From NCBI RefSeq assembly GCF_009914755.1, contig NC_060942.1: 64,000 bases of DNA; one strand, written 5' to 3'. The position numbers and the translations under genes were made by a program. Positions 27,740 through 38,541 of this stretch are shown one piece after another; positions within the stretch are counted from its first letter, which is position 1; each line of letters begins with the position of its first letter. The notes under the pieces are model-generated. The model worked only from the letters and a program-made list of their open reading frames with translations, ran no database searches and was not told the origin of the DNA. Source of the DNA: the human T2T-CHM13v2.0 reference genome, Homo sapiens.

Positions 27740-29041
27740 ATTTTTTTTTTTTAAAAACTTTAAGTTTTAGGGTACCTGTGCACAACGTGCAGGTTTGTTA
27801 CATATGTATACATGTGCCATGTTGGTGTGCTGCACCCATCAACTCATCATTTAACATTAGGTATATCTCCTAATACTATTCCTCCCCGCTCCCCCACCCC
27901 ACAACAGGCCCTGGTGTGTGATGTTCCCCTTCCTGTGTCCATGTGTTCTCATTGTTCAATTCCCACCTATGAGTGAGAACATGCAGTGTTTGGTTTTTTG
28001 TCCTTGCGATAGTTTGCTGAGAATGATGGTTTCCAGCTTCATCCATGTCCCTACAAAGGACATTAACTCATCCTTTTTTATGGCTGCATAGTATTCCATG
28101 GTGTATATGTGCCACATTTTCTTGATCTAGTCTACCATTGTTGGACATTTGGGTTGGTTCCAAGTCTTTGCTATTGTGAATAGTGCTGCAATAAACATAC
28201 GTGTGCATGTGTTTTTATAGCTGCATGATTTTTAATATTTTGGGTATATACCCAGTAATGGGATGGCTGGGTCAAATGGTATTTCTAGTTCTAGATCCCT
28301 GAGGAATCGCCACACTGACTTCCACAATGGTTGAACTAGTTTACAGTCCCACCAACAGTGTAAAAGAGTTCCTATTTCTCCACATCCTCTCCAGCACCTG
28401 TTGTTTCCTGACTTTTTAATGATTGCCATTCTAACTGGTGTGAGATGGTATCTCATTGTGGTTTTGATTTGCATTTCTCTGATGGCCAGTGATGATGAGC
28501 ATTTTTTCATGTGTCTTTTGGCTGCATAAATGTCTTCTTTTGAGAAGTGTCTGTTCATATTCTTTGCCCACTTTTTGATGGGGTTGTTTTTTTCTTGTAA
28601 ATTTGTTTGAGTTCATTGTAGATTCTGGATATTAGCCCTTTGTCAGATGAGCAGATTGCAAAAAATTTTCTCCCATTCTGTAGGTTGTCTGTTCACTCTG
28701 ATGGTAGTTTCTTTTGCTGTGCAGAAGCTCTTTAGTTTAATTACATCCCATTTGTCAATTTTGGCTTTTGTTGCCATTGCTTTTTGTGTTTTAGACATGA
28801 AGTCCCTGCCCATGCCTATGTCCTGAATGGTATTGCCTAGGTTTTCTTCTAGGGTTTTTATGGTTTTAGGTCTAACATGTAAGTCTTTAATCCATCTTGA
28901 ATTAATTTTTGTGTAACATGTAAGGAAGGGATCCAGTTTCAGCTTTCTACATTATGGCTAGCCAGTTTTCCAAGCACCATTTATTCAATAGGGAATCCTT
29001 TCCCCATTTCTTGTTTTTGTCAGGTTTTTTAAAGATCAGAT
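27740..29041 (-). mobile_element. 5'-truncated L1PA4/5-type element (ORF2 C-terminus + 3'UTR)
   Basis: ORF 28232-28558 translates as the ORF2p C-terminus with RCWRGC…HCWWDC. Poly-T at 27740. Confidence 0.95.
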
Positions 29042-29365
29042 TTTAAAGTACCTCAGGAATCTGATAAAAGGGTTTGGCTTGACTTCCCAGAAAACAGATA
29101 GCGGCAGGCTTTTTGAGCATAAGAGATTCCATGCTGAAAGTGATGTTTAAGGAAGCAAATTTGACAGAGGAAACTAGAGGCAGGATATCAGTGTCCTCAC
29201 TGATTCCTCCATAATTCCTACCAACTCCTACCAACTCCTCACACAATACCAATGTCTGTTTCTTGTCCCAGTATAGCTTCTTGTAGAACCCCTTTTCACT
29301 TTCAAAGTGTCCTATTTGAATGATAAATTACAAGGTCATCTAGCTAAAAGACTAAATGTGAATTT

Positions 29366-29704
29366 TTTGTTTGTTTGTTTGTTTTTGGAGACAGGGTCTT
29401 GCTCTGTCACCCAGGTTGGAGTTCTGTGGCACCATCAGAGCTCACTGCAGCCTCAACCTCCCAGGCTCAAGCAATCCTCCAGCCTCAGCCTCCTGAGTCT
29501 AGGACTATAGGCATGTGTGTTTGTTTGTGTGTTTGTTTTTTGTTTCTTTTTCTTTTTTCTTTTCTCTTCTTTTTTTTTTTTTTTTTGTAGAGATGGGGTC
29601 TTACTGTGTTGCCCAAGTTGGTCTTGAACTCCTGAGCTCAAGCAATCTTCTCCCCTGGCCTCCCAAAATGCTGGGGTTACAGGTATGAGCCACCATGCCT
29701 GGCC
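29366..29704 (-). mobile_element. AluJ
   Basis: Dimer with an expanded T-rich linker. Confidence 0.92.
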
Positions 29705-30433
29705 AAGAATGTGAGCTTCTTGAGGGTCGGGACTGTGGCCTCTTTGCCTTCATGCCTGAAGCACACTGTCCCAGACACATGTAATAAGCATTTCACTATC
29801 TGTTGAAAAAAAAAACTAATGACTCTAACAAATGAATCAGAAAGCAGTTATGAAGGTAGCAGGAAATGGAAAATGATACAGTATTTATGAAAGCAGAGTT
29901 TCAAGGAGAAGACTATGAGTAACAGAATCCTGTTCCAAGGAAAGCAAGAACACTGGGAGAACAAAAATGAGCACAGGCTTCATGGAGACATGACTGACTC
30001 CCGGTCTGGGGTGAGGAAGGTATAAGGCAAGCCTGCAACATTCAGAGCTAACAAACAAGAAAGCACTGGAAGACGAAGTAGGCCTATGTTAAAGGACACA
30101 GGAGCTGGCTTAAAGGGGCCCCCACTGGCCACATTTGTGTTGATTTGAACATCAAAAAAAGAATAATGATGGCTTTGGATTATAAAACAGAAGGAAAAGG
30201 AAAAGAAAAAGAATTCCTGAATCCATATTGATACTGAACAAAAGGGAACAGGGGAAGCTCTTTTTTTTAAACATAAGAACACCAGTGAATGAGTATAGAA
30301 GGAATTCGAAAATGTCTACTTTGCCATCATCGATGCAATAATTGGTTGAAATGAGGCTTATCGATGCATGTTAAAACCATTGAAAGAAAAGTTGTTGGAA
30401 TGGGAGATTTACATGGTCTCAAAACATGACTTG

Positions 30434-31302
30434 CAAAGCCATCCCTGAAAACTTTATGAAACTAATCAGGAAAGAAGGGAGGGGAAGAAATGAAAGTATG
30501 CCAAGCTTGCAGCACATTCAGCATTGATCACTAAGTCAGCTAACTCTCTGACCTGCTTCCTCATAGCTGTGTGGTGCCCATTGTCCTAGAATCACATAGA
30601 CCCTGTCACAAGATTATAGTTCCCCTTAATTGCTTATAGATAACAACTTGAACATTACAAAACATTAATTTTTCCCTTTGAGATATTCCTTCATGTCCTG
30701 CATATCACCGAAGCTACTCTATCAGTTGGCCTGAAGGACCCCACGAGAAACTGACTCACCAAAGAATGCAGTTTCCATATCCTGTTAATTTCATTCCCCT
30801 TACCCCAAACAATCAACAACCCCAATTCTCTAGTCCCTTGCCCTCCAGAATCCCCTTAAAAACCGTAGCCCAGCAAGGCTCAGTGGCTCATGCCTGTAAT
30901 CCCAGCACTTTGGGAGGCCAACGCAAGTGGATCACTTGAGGCCAGGAGTTCAAGGCCAGCCTGGCCAACATGACGAAACCCTGTTTCTACTAAAAATACA
31001 AAAATTAGCCAAGTGTGGTTGCATGTGCCTGTAATCCCAGCTACTTGGGAGGCTGAGGCACAAGAATCACTAGAACTCGGGAGGCAGAAGTTGCAGTGAG
31101 CCAAGATCACGCCATTGCACTGTAGCTGGGGCAACAGAGCAAGACTCTGTCTCCTTGGGGAGATGGATTTGAGGATCTCCTCCCATCTCCTCACTCGGCA
31201 CCCTGAGATCATTAAACTCTTTCTCAACTGCAAACCCTGCTGTCTCACTGTAATGGTTCTGTCACTGCACAGCAGGCATACAAACCTGTTGGTCTTATAA
31301 CA
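30434..31302 (+). mobile_element. ERV1 solo LTR (LTR26-like) containing a tail-less Alu
   Basis: TSD cttg. Ends …ggtcttataaca. Confidence 0.75.
30872..31153 (+). mobile_element. AluS lacking poly(A) tail and TSD
   Basis: Ends 'gactctgtctc' and runs directly into LTR sequence 'cttggggagatgg'. Confidence 0.9.
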
Positions 31303-32096
31303 CTTGTTAGTCACAAATAGGAAAAGATAGTTTTACAGTGGAGAAACTTGGCAGACAACATAGTAGCCAAAGTTAACCTCATGAATAACAAGACAAAATT
31401 AACATCATGATGTGATGCAACTGGAAGTACATGATGTTGTATATATGAAATTCTTGCCAAGACACAAAACAACCAACCAATGTTTAACCTGAATCTAAAC
31501 ATGAAGAAACAATCAAATAAGTCCAGTAGGAGGGACATTCTACAAGATAATTGGCCTGAACTCTTCAAAAAGTTCAAATATTATGACATACCACAAAAGA
31601 GAATGAAGCATTCTAGAAACTGGAATCTAGACTAAGGGAGACCAAGGAAATAAAACAATCAAAGACAATGCATGAAGCGTATTTGTGTCCTGGATTAAAA
31701 ATTAACAACAACAACAACAGCAAAACTTTTAGGATTTTAGGGGGATAGTTAAGGGCTTTGAATATGGACTGTTTATTAAATGATCTTATTGTTTCAACAT
31801 TAAATTCCCTGGGAATAATCATGTAATTGTAGTGAGTGACATTTTTTTTTTCTTAAGAGATACATGCGTAAGTATTTAGAGTGAAGCACTTAGATTAAAA
31901 GTCATGATAAATGCAACTTTCCTTCAAATTGCTCTGTGAAAACACTCACGTGTGCACACATGGGATGTGGGCAGCAAACATGGCAAAATGTTAGCAATTT
32001 GGTAAATTAAGGTGACAGGTGGGTATTCATTGTATTATTCTTTTCGCTTTTCTATAGTTTGAAAACTTTTCAAGATAAAAAAATAAAATGTGTGTG

Positions 32097-32225
32097 CTGA
32101 GTGCAGCGGCTCACACCTGTAATACCACTTGGAAGGTTGAGGCAGGAGGATCACCTGAGGCTAGTAGCTCGAGACAAGCCTATACAACATAGTGAAACCC
32201 TGTTTCTAAATTCAAAAATAAAAAT
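32097..32225 (+). mobile_element. FLAM/Alu left monomer
   Basis: gctcacacctgtaat…gaaaccctgtttctaaa followed by an A-rich tail. Confidence 0.75.
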
Positions 32226-32266
32226 AGGTAAGAGTGAGTAAAGTCCATTTAGTGACATTAAGAGAG

Positions 32267-32910
32267 TGTGGGGGCTCAGAAAATTATACCCCAAAGTGAA
32301 GACCTCAGAAGTAAAGTTTCTCTCTCTGACCTTCTCCTACCCTCCTGTCTCTCATCCCTCATTCTCTCCTGAAGCAAGCCATAGAAATTGAATCCCTCTT
32401 CCCCGAGGTGGGTCATAAAAAACAAAAATCCCTTTTCCCCTAAGCCAGCCATAAAACCTAAAAATATTACTCTAACTTCGCCCCACATTTCTGTTTAAAA
32501 ACTGGTCATAAAGAATTCTCTGACCTCCCTTGTCTGATTGTCCATCCTAAGACCCCATTCCAGAAGGGGCTCTGCCCAATACGTGGAGGAATTGATGCTG
32601 CAAAGAGGCCAAGAAGAATCTGGACAGGCCTTGCTGAGTTTCCTCACTCAGTTTGTTAGCATTATATCATATGTTTTTTGCCCAATCAGTTCTGCACAGT
32701 CTACACAGCTGTTCATTATTCATTGACCCTAAGCATAAAAATATATATCTTTTCCTGTATATATGGGTCTTCCTTCTAAAAGCTCCCATGTCACATAAAA
32801 CTATAACCAGATAATTTTTTATGCTTTTCTTTTTTAACTTGTGTCTTGTTACAAGTTGGTCATGACCTTTACAATGGGAAGGAAAGGGATCACCCCCTTT
32901 CTGCCACACA
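32267..32910 (+). mobile_element. ERV1 solo LTR (MER39-like)
   Basis: Begins tgtggggctcagaaaattataccccaaa and ends in CA. Confidence 0.75.
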
Positions 32911-33659
32911 AGGGCATCTTCCAGGCTTCAAGAGTGTAGATGATTGGAAAGAAAGAGAAAAATCAATTGCCTCAAGTTGAGAAGATGACAGAGAGAAAAG
33001 AGGTAAAAGTAAAGACTATCAATAATGATGAGGTTATAGAAATACAGTAACCAAAGGAATAAGCAAGGTCAAATAAAAATTTTTTGGCTAGTTTTCTTTT
33101 TCAAATAGACTTCTGCCGGAACAGGTGAGAGAGACTTCTACAGAAATGGACTAGAGAGATTTCCACAGGAATGCATTAAAGAGACTTCTATATGTTTCAC
33201 CTAATGCTGGTTTACTAATAATTCCCTTTAGAGACCACTGACTGGATTCATAGAAGGGTATGTTATGCTGTTTATACTTATACTTCTTGCTTAATTTTAC
33301 TTAGTATCTGTTCATTACCTTCATTCAAACATAAGCACTTAATGATCTTATAACCACCACCCCCACGCTTAGAAACACAAAGACACACACCAAATCCACA
33401 ATTTCTCCTCTTATTCTCCCAATATAGTCATATTGAAATTTCTGGTTAAACCAATATTTATCCTTTTATTTTTATTTATGGCATTACTTTAATGAACACA
33501 TATAATACTTGTTATATGCCAGGCATTAAGTGCTCTATAAATATTAACTTCTTTAGTCATTATTAGAGAATATAATTATTATTTACAACTGAGCCATGAA
33601 GTTCATTGAGATGACATTTCATTTCCTGCACAATGTTTCGCTTCAAAAAAAATTCTTTA

Positions 33660-34600
33660 AGTATCTCTCATTTTTAAAGTCTTTGTCTTCCTATTCTACT
33701 TTCTGGGGGAATTTCTCAGCTTTATCTTTTTATCCTTCTCTTAATTATTTTAAATCACTGCCATTATATTTTTGATTTTCAAATTCTTCTCTGTTCTTAT
33801 AGTATTTCAATCTTTTTTCATAAATTCAATATCTTCTTGTATATCTCTGAAGATATTAAGATTTTGCTATTGTTCTTTTAAGTTTTCTTTGCTATCTGTA
33901 TTGTATTTAGTGTGTATGTATGTTTCTTGTTTGATAATTTTGGACTCTGTGTTAAAAGCTTTCCTCAAATACTTGGTGGTCTTTGTTAATATTCAAGAGT
34001 AAAGTTCTAAAAAAGTTTCTTGGAAATCCTCTGTGTACCGGAACAGCTTGACTAATAGTGGTTTTAACCAGTCATTTTCCAGCTCCCCTCTCCAATATTA
34101 GCCCCTAGATATTTCCTCTTGGGCCAGTTAGGTTCTGGGAAGATAATTCCTCCAGACTCCTGCCTGAGCAGTGTAAGCCTGCTTGCCTGGAGACCATCCA
34201 GGGGAAAGGACTTAGGATAACACCATTCAGTGTAGAGATTTTCATTAAATACCCCCGGGCCAATCCATGCTGTCTCCAACCCAGTTTCTCCTGGCAATAA
34301 ACCTCCTATCTTTTGCCAGTCTATGTTTGGGGGGAGAGGGATGGTAACCTGCTGTTAGAGCGAGGCAGGATGCCTAAGTCAGTGGTGAGGGAGGTCTCTC
34401 AGAATGCATTAGAAAGACTGTCAATCAATGCTCCTGTTCTCAGCTCTACCTTGTACCTCTGCCTTCAGAGGCACCTGGTGCTTTTCAACCAGGGCTGGGT
34501 TTCTGTGGTTGTAATCACTTTGCTTCTTGTGGGCTTTTCCTCAGTCCTTCCACCTTCAGTCTTCAGAGTAGGAGATCTTAATGTTTGCCCTTTAACTCCA
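33660..34600 (-). mobile_element. HAL1/L1M relic, antisense
   Basis: Reverse complement reads 'aagataaagctgagaaattcccccagaaagtagaa', homologous to the + strand relic near 2200. Confidence 0.6.
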
Positions 34601-34707
34601 GGAAAGCTACTCTGAAAGTGATCAAATTCTGGAGGTGAGGGATGGTGAGAGTGAGCACGTGGTTTGAAAAATTAGTTTATTTGAGGATGAAGGGACCAAG
34701 GGCTAGC

Positions 34708-35081
34708 TTTATGATGTACTGAAACAGACCCAGACTTGGGAGTATCCAGATAGCCCAATATCTGGAGAATAAAGACATTCCTAATTTTTCTTTAAAGAAA
34801 ATAATATCAATTCTTGCAAAATATAGTAATTAAGAAAATTAATCCTTTATTGCAAATCCTTGTAGCAGTGCACATCTCCCCAGGAGCTATTTTTATCCTA
34901 TATATATAAGCACTGTACCTAGGGTGGACACATTCTTCCTCTTACTTTCAGGAATGTCCTACTCTGTCTATGGAGTAGCTGTCCTTTCACTTTACTTTCT
35001 TAATAAACTTGCTTTTACTTCACATTGCGGACTCACCCTGAATTCTTTCTTGTACTGGATCGGGACCACTTTCCGGTAACA
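34708..35081 (+). promoter_or_regulatory. Proviral 5' LTR (MER41C/D-type), 5'-truncated; TATA-like cctatatatataag about 34897-34910, AATAAA about 35002
   Basis: Aligns to the 3' LTR from 'tttatgatgt' onward. Lacks the first ~130 bp and has a ~27-bp U5 deletion. Confidence 0.88.
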
Positions 35082-35087
35082 TATTTC

Positions 35088-35105
35088 TGGTGGACCACAG
35101 AAGGA
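35088..35105 (+). other. Primer-binding site, degenerate tRNA-Arg type
   Basis: 'tggtggaccacagaagga' just after the LTR resembles TGGCGACCACGAAGGGAC (ERV9-type Arg PBS) with small indels. Confidence 0.55.
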
Positions 35106-36109
35106 ACGATACTGAAGAGGCCAAGAGACCCCTAACCCAAAGGAAAATCTTCTGCACACACTAATTGGCTGACTTTGGGAAGCGGCGTGCATATACTAGG
35201 TAAAGAATGGGATTGGTTTGGAGGCCCAACTTGGGGGAGTTAGAGTCTCTCCTAAGACAATGTGGGTTAGAGGCCCTTCTTAATAAAAGGCAAGGATGCT
35301 TGACCAATCTTGGGTTAGAGTCCCTTCTAAGATTTAGGGGGTTAGAGGCCCCTCTCAGTAAAGTCCTTCTCAGCCTAAAACAGGTTTGGCACTGCAGGCT
35401 ATGTTCTTTGTATTAATCTGCCTTGTCCTCCTTGCTGCATGAATCAATTTCATGGTTGCTTTCTCTGTTTCACTGTCACTTTCAGGAGATTATATTTAAC
35501 TCGTCTTTAGGGATTTTAACTTACTCTTTTCCTATGTGCCTTCTGATTTTTGTTCATTTGCTTGAGAAACATTGGGAACAAAAAGCATTAAAGGCTTTGT
35601 CTTTAAAATTGCTGATTGAGATTTGGTATTTAACAGCTATGAGCAATAAGATTAGATAGATGTGGTTATGTTTGTTGCTGCTATGCCAGCTAGGTGTGAT
35701 CAAGAAGCACTAGGATGGAAATCAGGGGACTCTTCTTGCTGTTTTGTTTCACTTTACACACTGAAAAAAAAAAAGCTTCTTTCTTTTCTTGGATTCGGGC
35801 AGGCTGGCTTTGCTTGTCCAATCCACACTGCCACTATTGCCCAGAACCTGCCTACTCTGATCATTCCCATCTAAATCCTCTTCCATTTCCTTCGCCTTAT
35901 TCGACATTTTTGTTAAAGTCTAAGATTCATGGCTTAGCTCACTTATATTATTTGGATAATACAAATAAGGGAATTCAAATTTTGACAGGGATTCCCTCAT
36001 TAATGCAGCTGGCCTTAGAAAGCCTCTCATCCTTTTTAGTGGAACTTGGCCAGTGACAATACAATCCCACAGGTTTGGAACTTTTCTTTCAACATTATCC
36101 GCCTCCTTC

Positions 36110-37684
36110 ATGGGAACCACGGCATCGATTCCAAAGAACTCACCACTAGGATGTATTCTTGAACACTGGCACCAGTTTAAACTGAATGGGCTTAAGAAGA
36201 GAAAACTGGAGTTTCTATGTAATACTGTTTGGCCTTGGTATTATTTGGAAAAACAAGAGAAAAGGCCTCTTACTGGAACTATGGCCTTTAATATTATACT
36301 TCAACTCAATTTGTTTTGTAAGCAGGAGGGAAAATGGAATGAAATGCCATATGTTCAGGCATTTTTGCTGCTTAGTCAGGATAAAACCCTGCAGCAGGCA
36401 TGTGCATGTTTGATGAGAGGAAAAGAAGAAAAAGAGCTAGACATAATTGAAGATCCTTTAATGCAAGCCCCCTCCAGTTCAGTGGGCAGTTTTGGGTGGA
36501 GCAGAACCTCCTTCTGTCAGCTCTGAAGATTCAGATATGTCGGTCCTTCATCCCTCTAGTTCACCTGAAAGTTTTATTGAGAACCCTTCATCCCCTCCTC
36601 TTTACCCATCTAGTCCCACTCTATACCCTACACTCCCTGAGGAACTTAGCCCAACGAGTACTACTCATAGTGGAGCCTCCTATCAACCTCCAAAGGGAAA
36701 CCTCTGTCCACTTAGAGAGGTGGCAAATGGGGAAGAAGGCACTGTGAGAGCGTATGTTCTCTTTTCTATGTATCATTTGGCTATGTAAAGAGAAGTTTGG
36801 TTATTTCTCTGAAGATCCAGGGAAATTCGTAGATGAGTTTGAGAAATTAACTCTGACCTATAGTTTAACTCGGCAGGATCTGAATGTTTTGTTGTCTCTG
36901 TGTTTTACAGTGGAAGAGAAACAATGCATTTTGGGGACAGCTAGGGCCCTTGAAGATGAGGTACTGGCTTGCAACCCAAACCATTATATATATATATCTC
37001 ATATCAGGCAGGAGGTATAGCAGTTCCAGATCGAGATCCAGAGTGGAACTATCAAAGGGGCAGTAAGGACATAGGGAGGAGAGATCCTAGGGTCACTTAT
37101 TTGTTGGAAAAGATAAAGAAATGTATGAAAAATCCTGTTAACTATGAAAAGGCTAAGGAATTTTCTCAGGGAAAAGATGAGAATCCAGTGGGCGTTTAGT
37201 TGAGGCAATCAGGAAATATGATAACACTGATCCTGCCTCAAGAGAAGGACAAACTCTTTGGGGAGTACATTTTTTTATAACTCAGTCTGCCCCTGATATC
37301 CATAGGAAACTGCAAAAAGCAGCTATGGGTCCGCAAACTCCTATGGAGCAGCTTTTAGGTATGGCATTTTTAGTTTTTAATAACAGGGACAAAGCAGAGG
37401 AAGCAGAAAGAGCAAGATGGACCTGCCACAAGGTGCAGCTCTTGGCTGTAGGCTTAAGGTCACCTCCAACATGGGACTGCCCCCCTGGCTCTTGGCCTGA
37501 ACAAGGGAAGCTCAAAGGTGGGAAGCCCAAAACTGGGCATCTGAGTCACCATGCCTTGGGCATAAATCAGTGTGCACACTGTAAGAAAACCAGCCATTGG
37601 AAGAGTGATTGCCCAGTGTTCCAAAGGGAGCCACCAGTACCTGAACCAATAATGGCTAAAATAGCCAGGCAAGCCCAAGAGTGA
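36110..37684 (+). pseudogene. gag: Retroviral gag (MA-p12-CA-NC), frameshifted
   Basis: Starts MGTTASIPKNSPLGCILEHW… (myristoylation Gly2, gamma-type MA). Pro-rich PPLY region, CA 'FSEDPGKF', MHR 'QGKDENP', intact CCHC knuckle CAHCKKTSHWKSDC, TGA at 37682. Confidence 0.92.
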
Positions 37685-38040
37685 TGGGACCTGAGACCTT
37701 CTGCCACAGCTCTCATCAGACAACTAGCCATATCACCAGAGGAGCCTCAGGTAACCCTTGATGTGGCAGATAGGAATATTAATTTTTTCCTGGATACTGG
37801 GGCTGCTTACTCTGTTTTGACCCATTATAATGGGCCTCTGTCACCCCAAAACTGTATGGTCATGGGGATAGATGGACGAGCCCACAGATGCCATTTTACC
37901 TACCCTCTAAGCTGCTCTCCAGGGACTTTGGTTTTCTCACATGTCTTTCTTATCATGCCTGAGTGCCCCACCCCTCTGTTGGGAAGGGATTTGTTGACTC
38001 AGCTGCAGACAGTGGTATCTTTTGGAAATCACAAGGCAGA
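37685..38040 (+). pseudogene. pro: Retroviral aspartic protease, frame open
   Basis: FFLDTGAAYSVL and PLLGRDLL motifs in ORF 37763-38290, in frame behind the gag stop. Confidence 0.92.
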
Positions 38041-38509
38041 AGAGGGATTACCCCTTCTCCTTTCCTGTGATAAGGAAGGAAAGTCAATAGGGGACTTATC
38101 TACTTTACCTACTGAAGTAATCTCCCAAGTAGATCCTATAGTATGGGACACTCAGGTTCCAGGCAAAGTGTTAAATGTTTCCCCACTTTACATCCAACTT
38201 AAGCCTGGTGTCCCAGATCCCTGGAAGAGACAATACCCCTTAAAGCCAGAGGCACAAAGAGAGATCCAACCATTAATAGCAAAAACTTAGCTAAGTTTTT
38301 GCAATTTGGGGTGTTAAGGCCCCGTGAGTCTCCTTGTAATATGCCAATCTTGCCAGTTAAAAAGCCAGATGGAGACTATAGATTTGTCCAAGATCTTTGA
38401 GCTGTCAATGGGGCTGTCATTCCCATACATCCTATAGTGCCCAATCCCTACATGCTGTTAGCGCAGGTCTACGGGGTTGCCAATTGGTTTACAGTCTTAA
38501 ATCTTAAGG

Positions 38510-38541
<32 letters not shown>

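Larger units (their letters stand above)
30000..32085 (+). mobile_element. Old L1ME-type 3' region, interrupted by an LTR
   Basis: 'tttacagtggagaaacttggcagaca', 'gggacattctacaagataattggcctgaactcttcaaaaa'. Boundaries approximate. Confidence 0.65.

Noticed and set aside
28232-28558. ORF2p C-terminal ORF as a sign of an active L1
   Set aside because: The element is only 1.3 kb, with no promoter, ORF1, EN or RT.
34708-35081. Canonical MER41B tandem STAT1 enhancer
   Set aside because: This LTR subtype lacks the TTCCGGGAA/TTCCTGGAA pair. Only an imperfect tttcaggaa is present.
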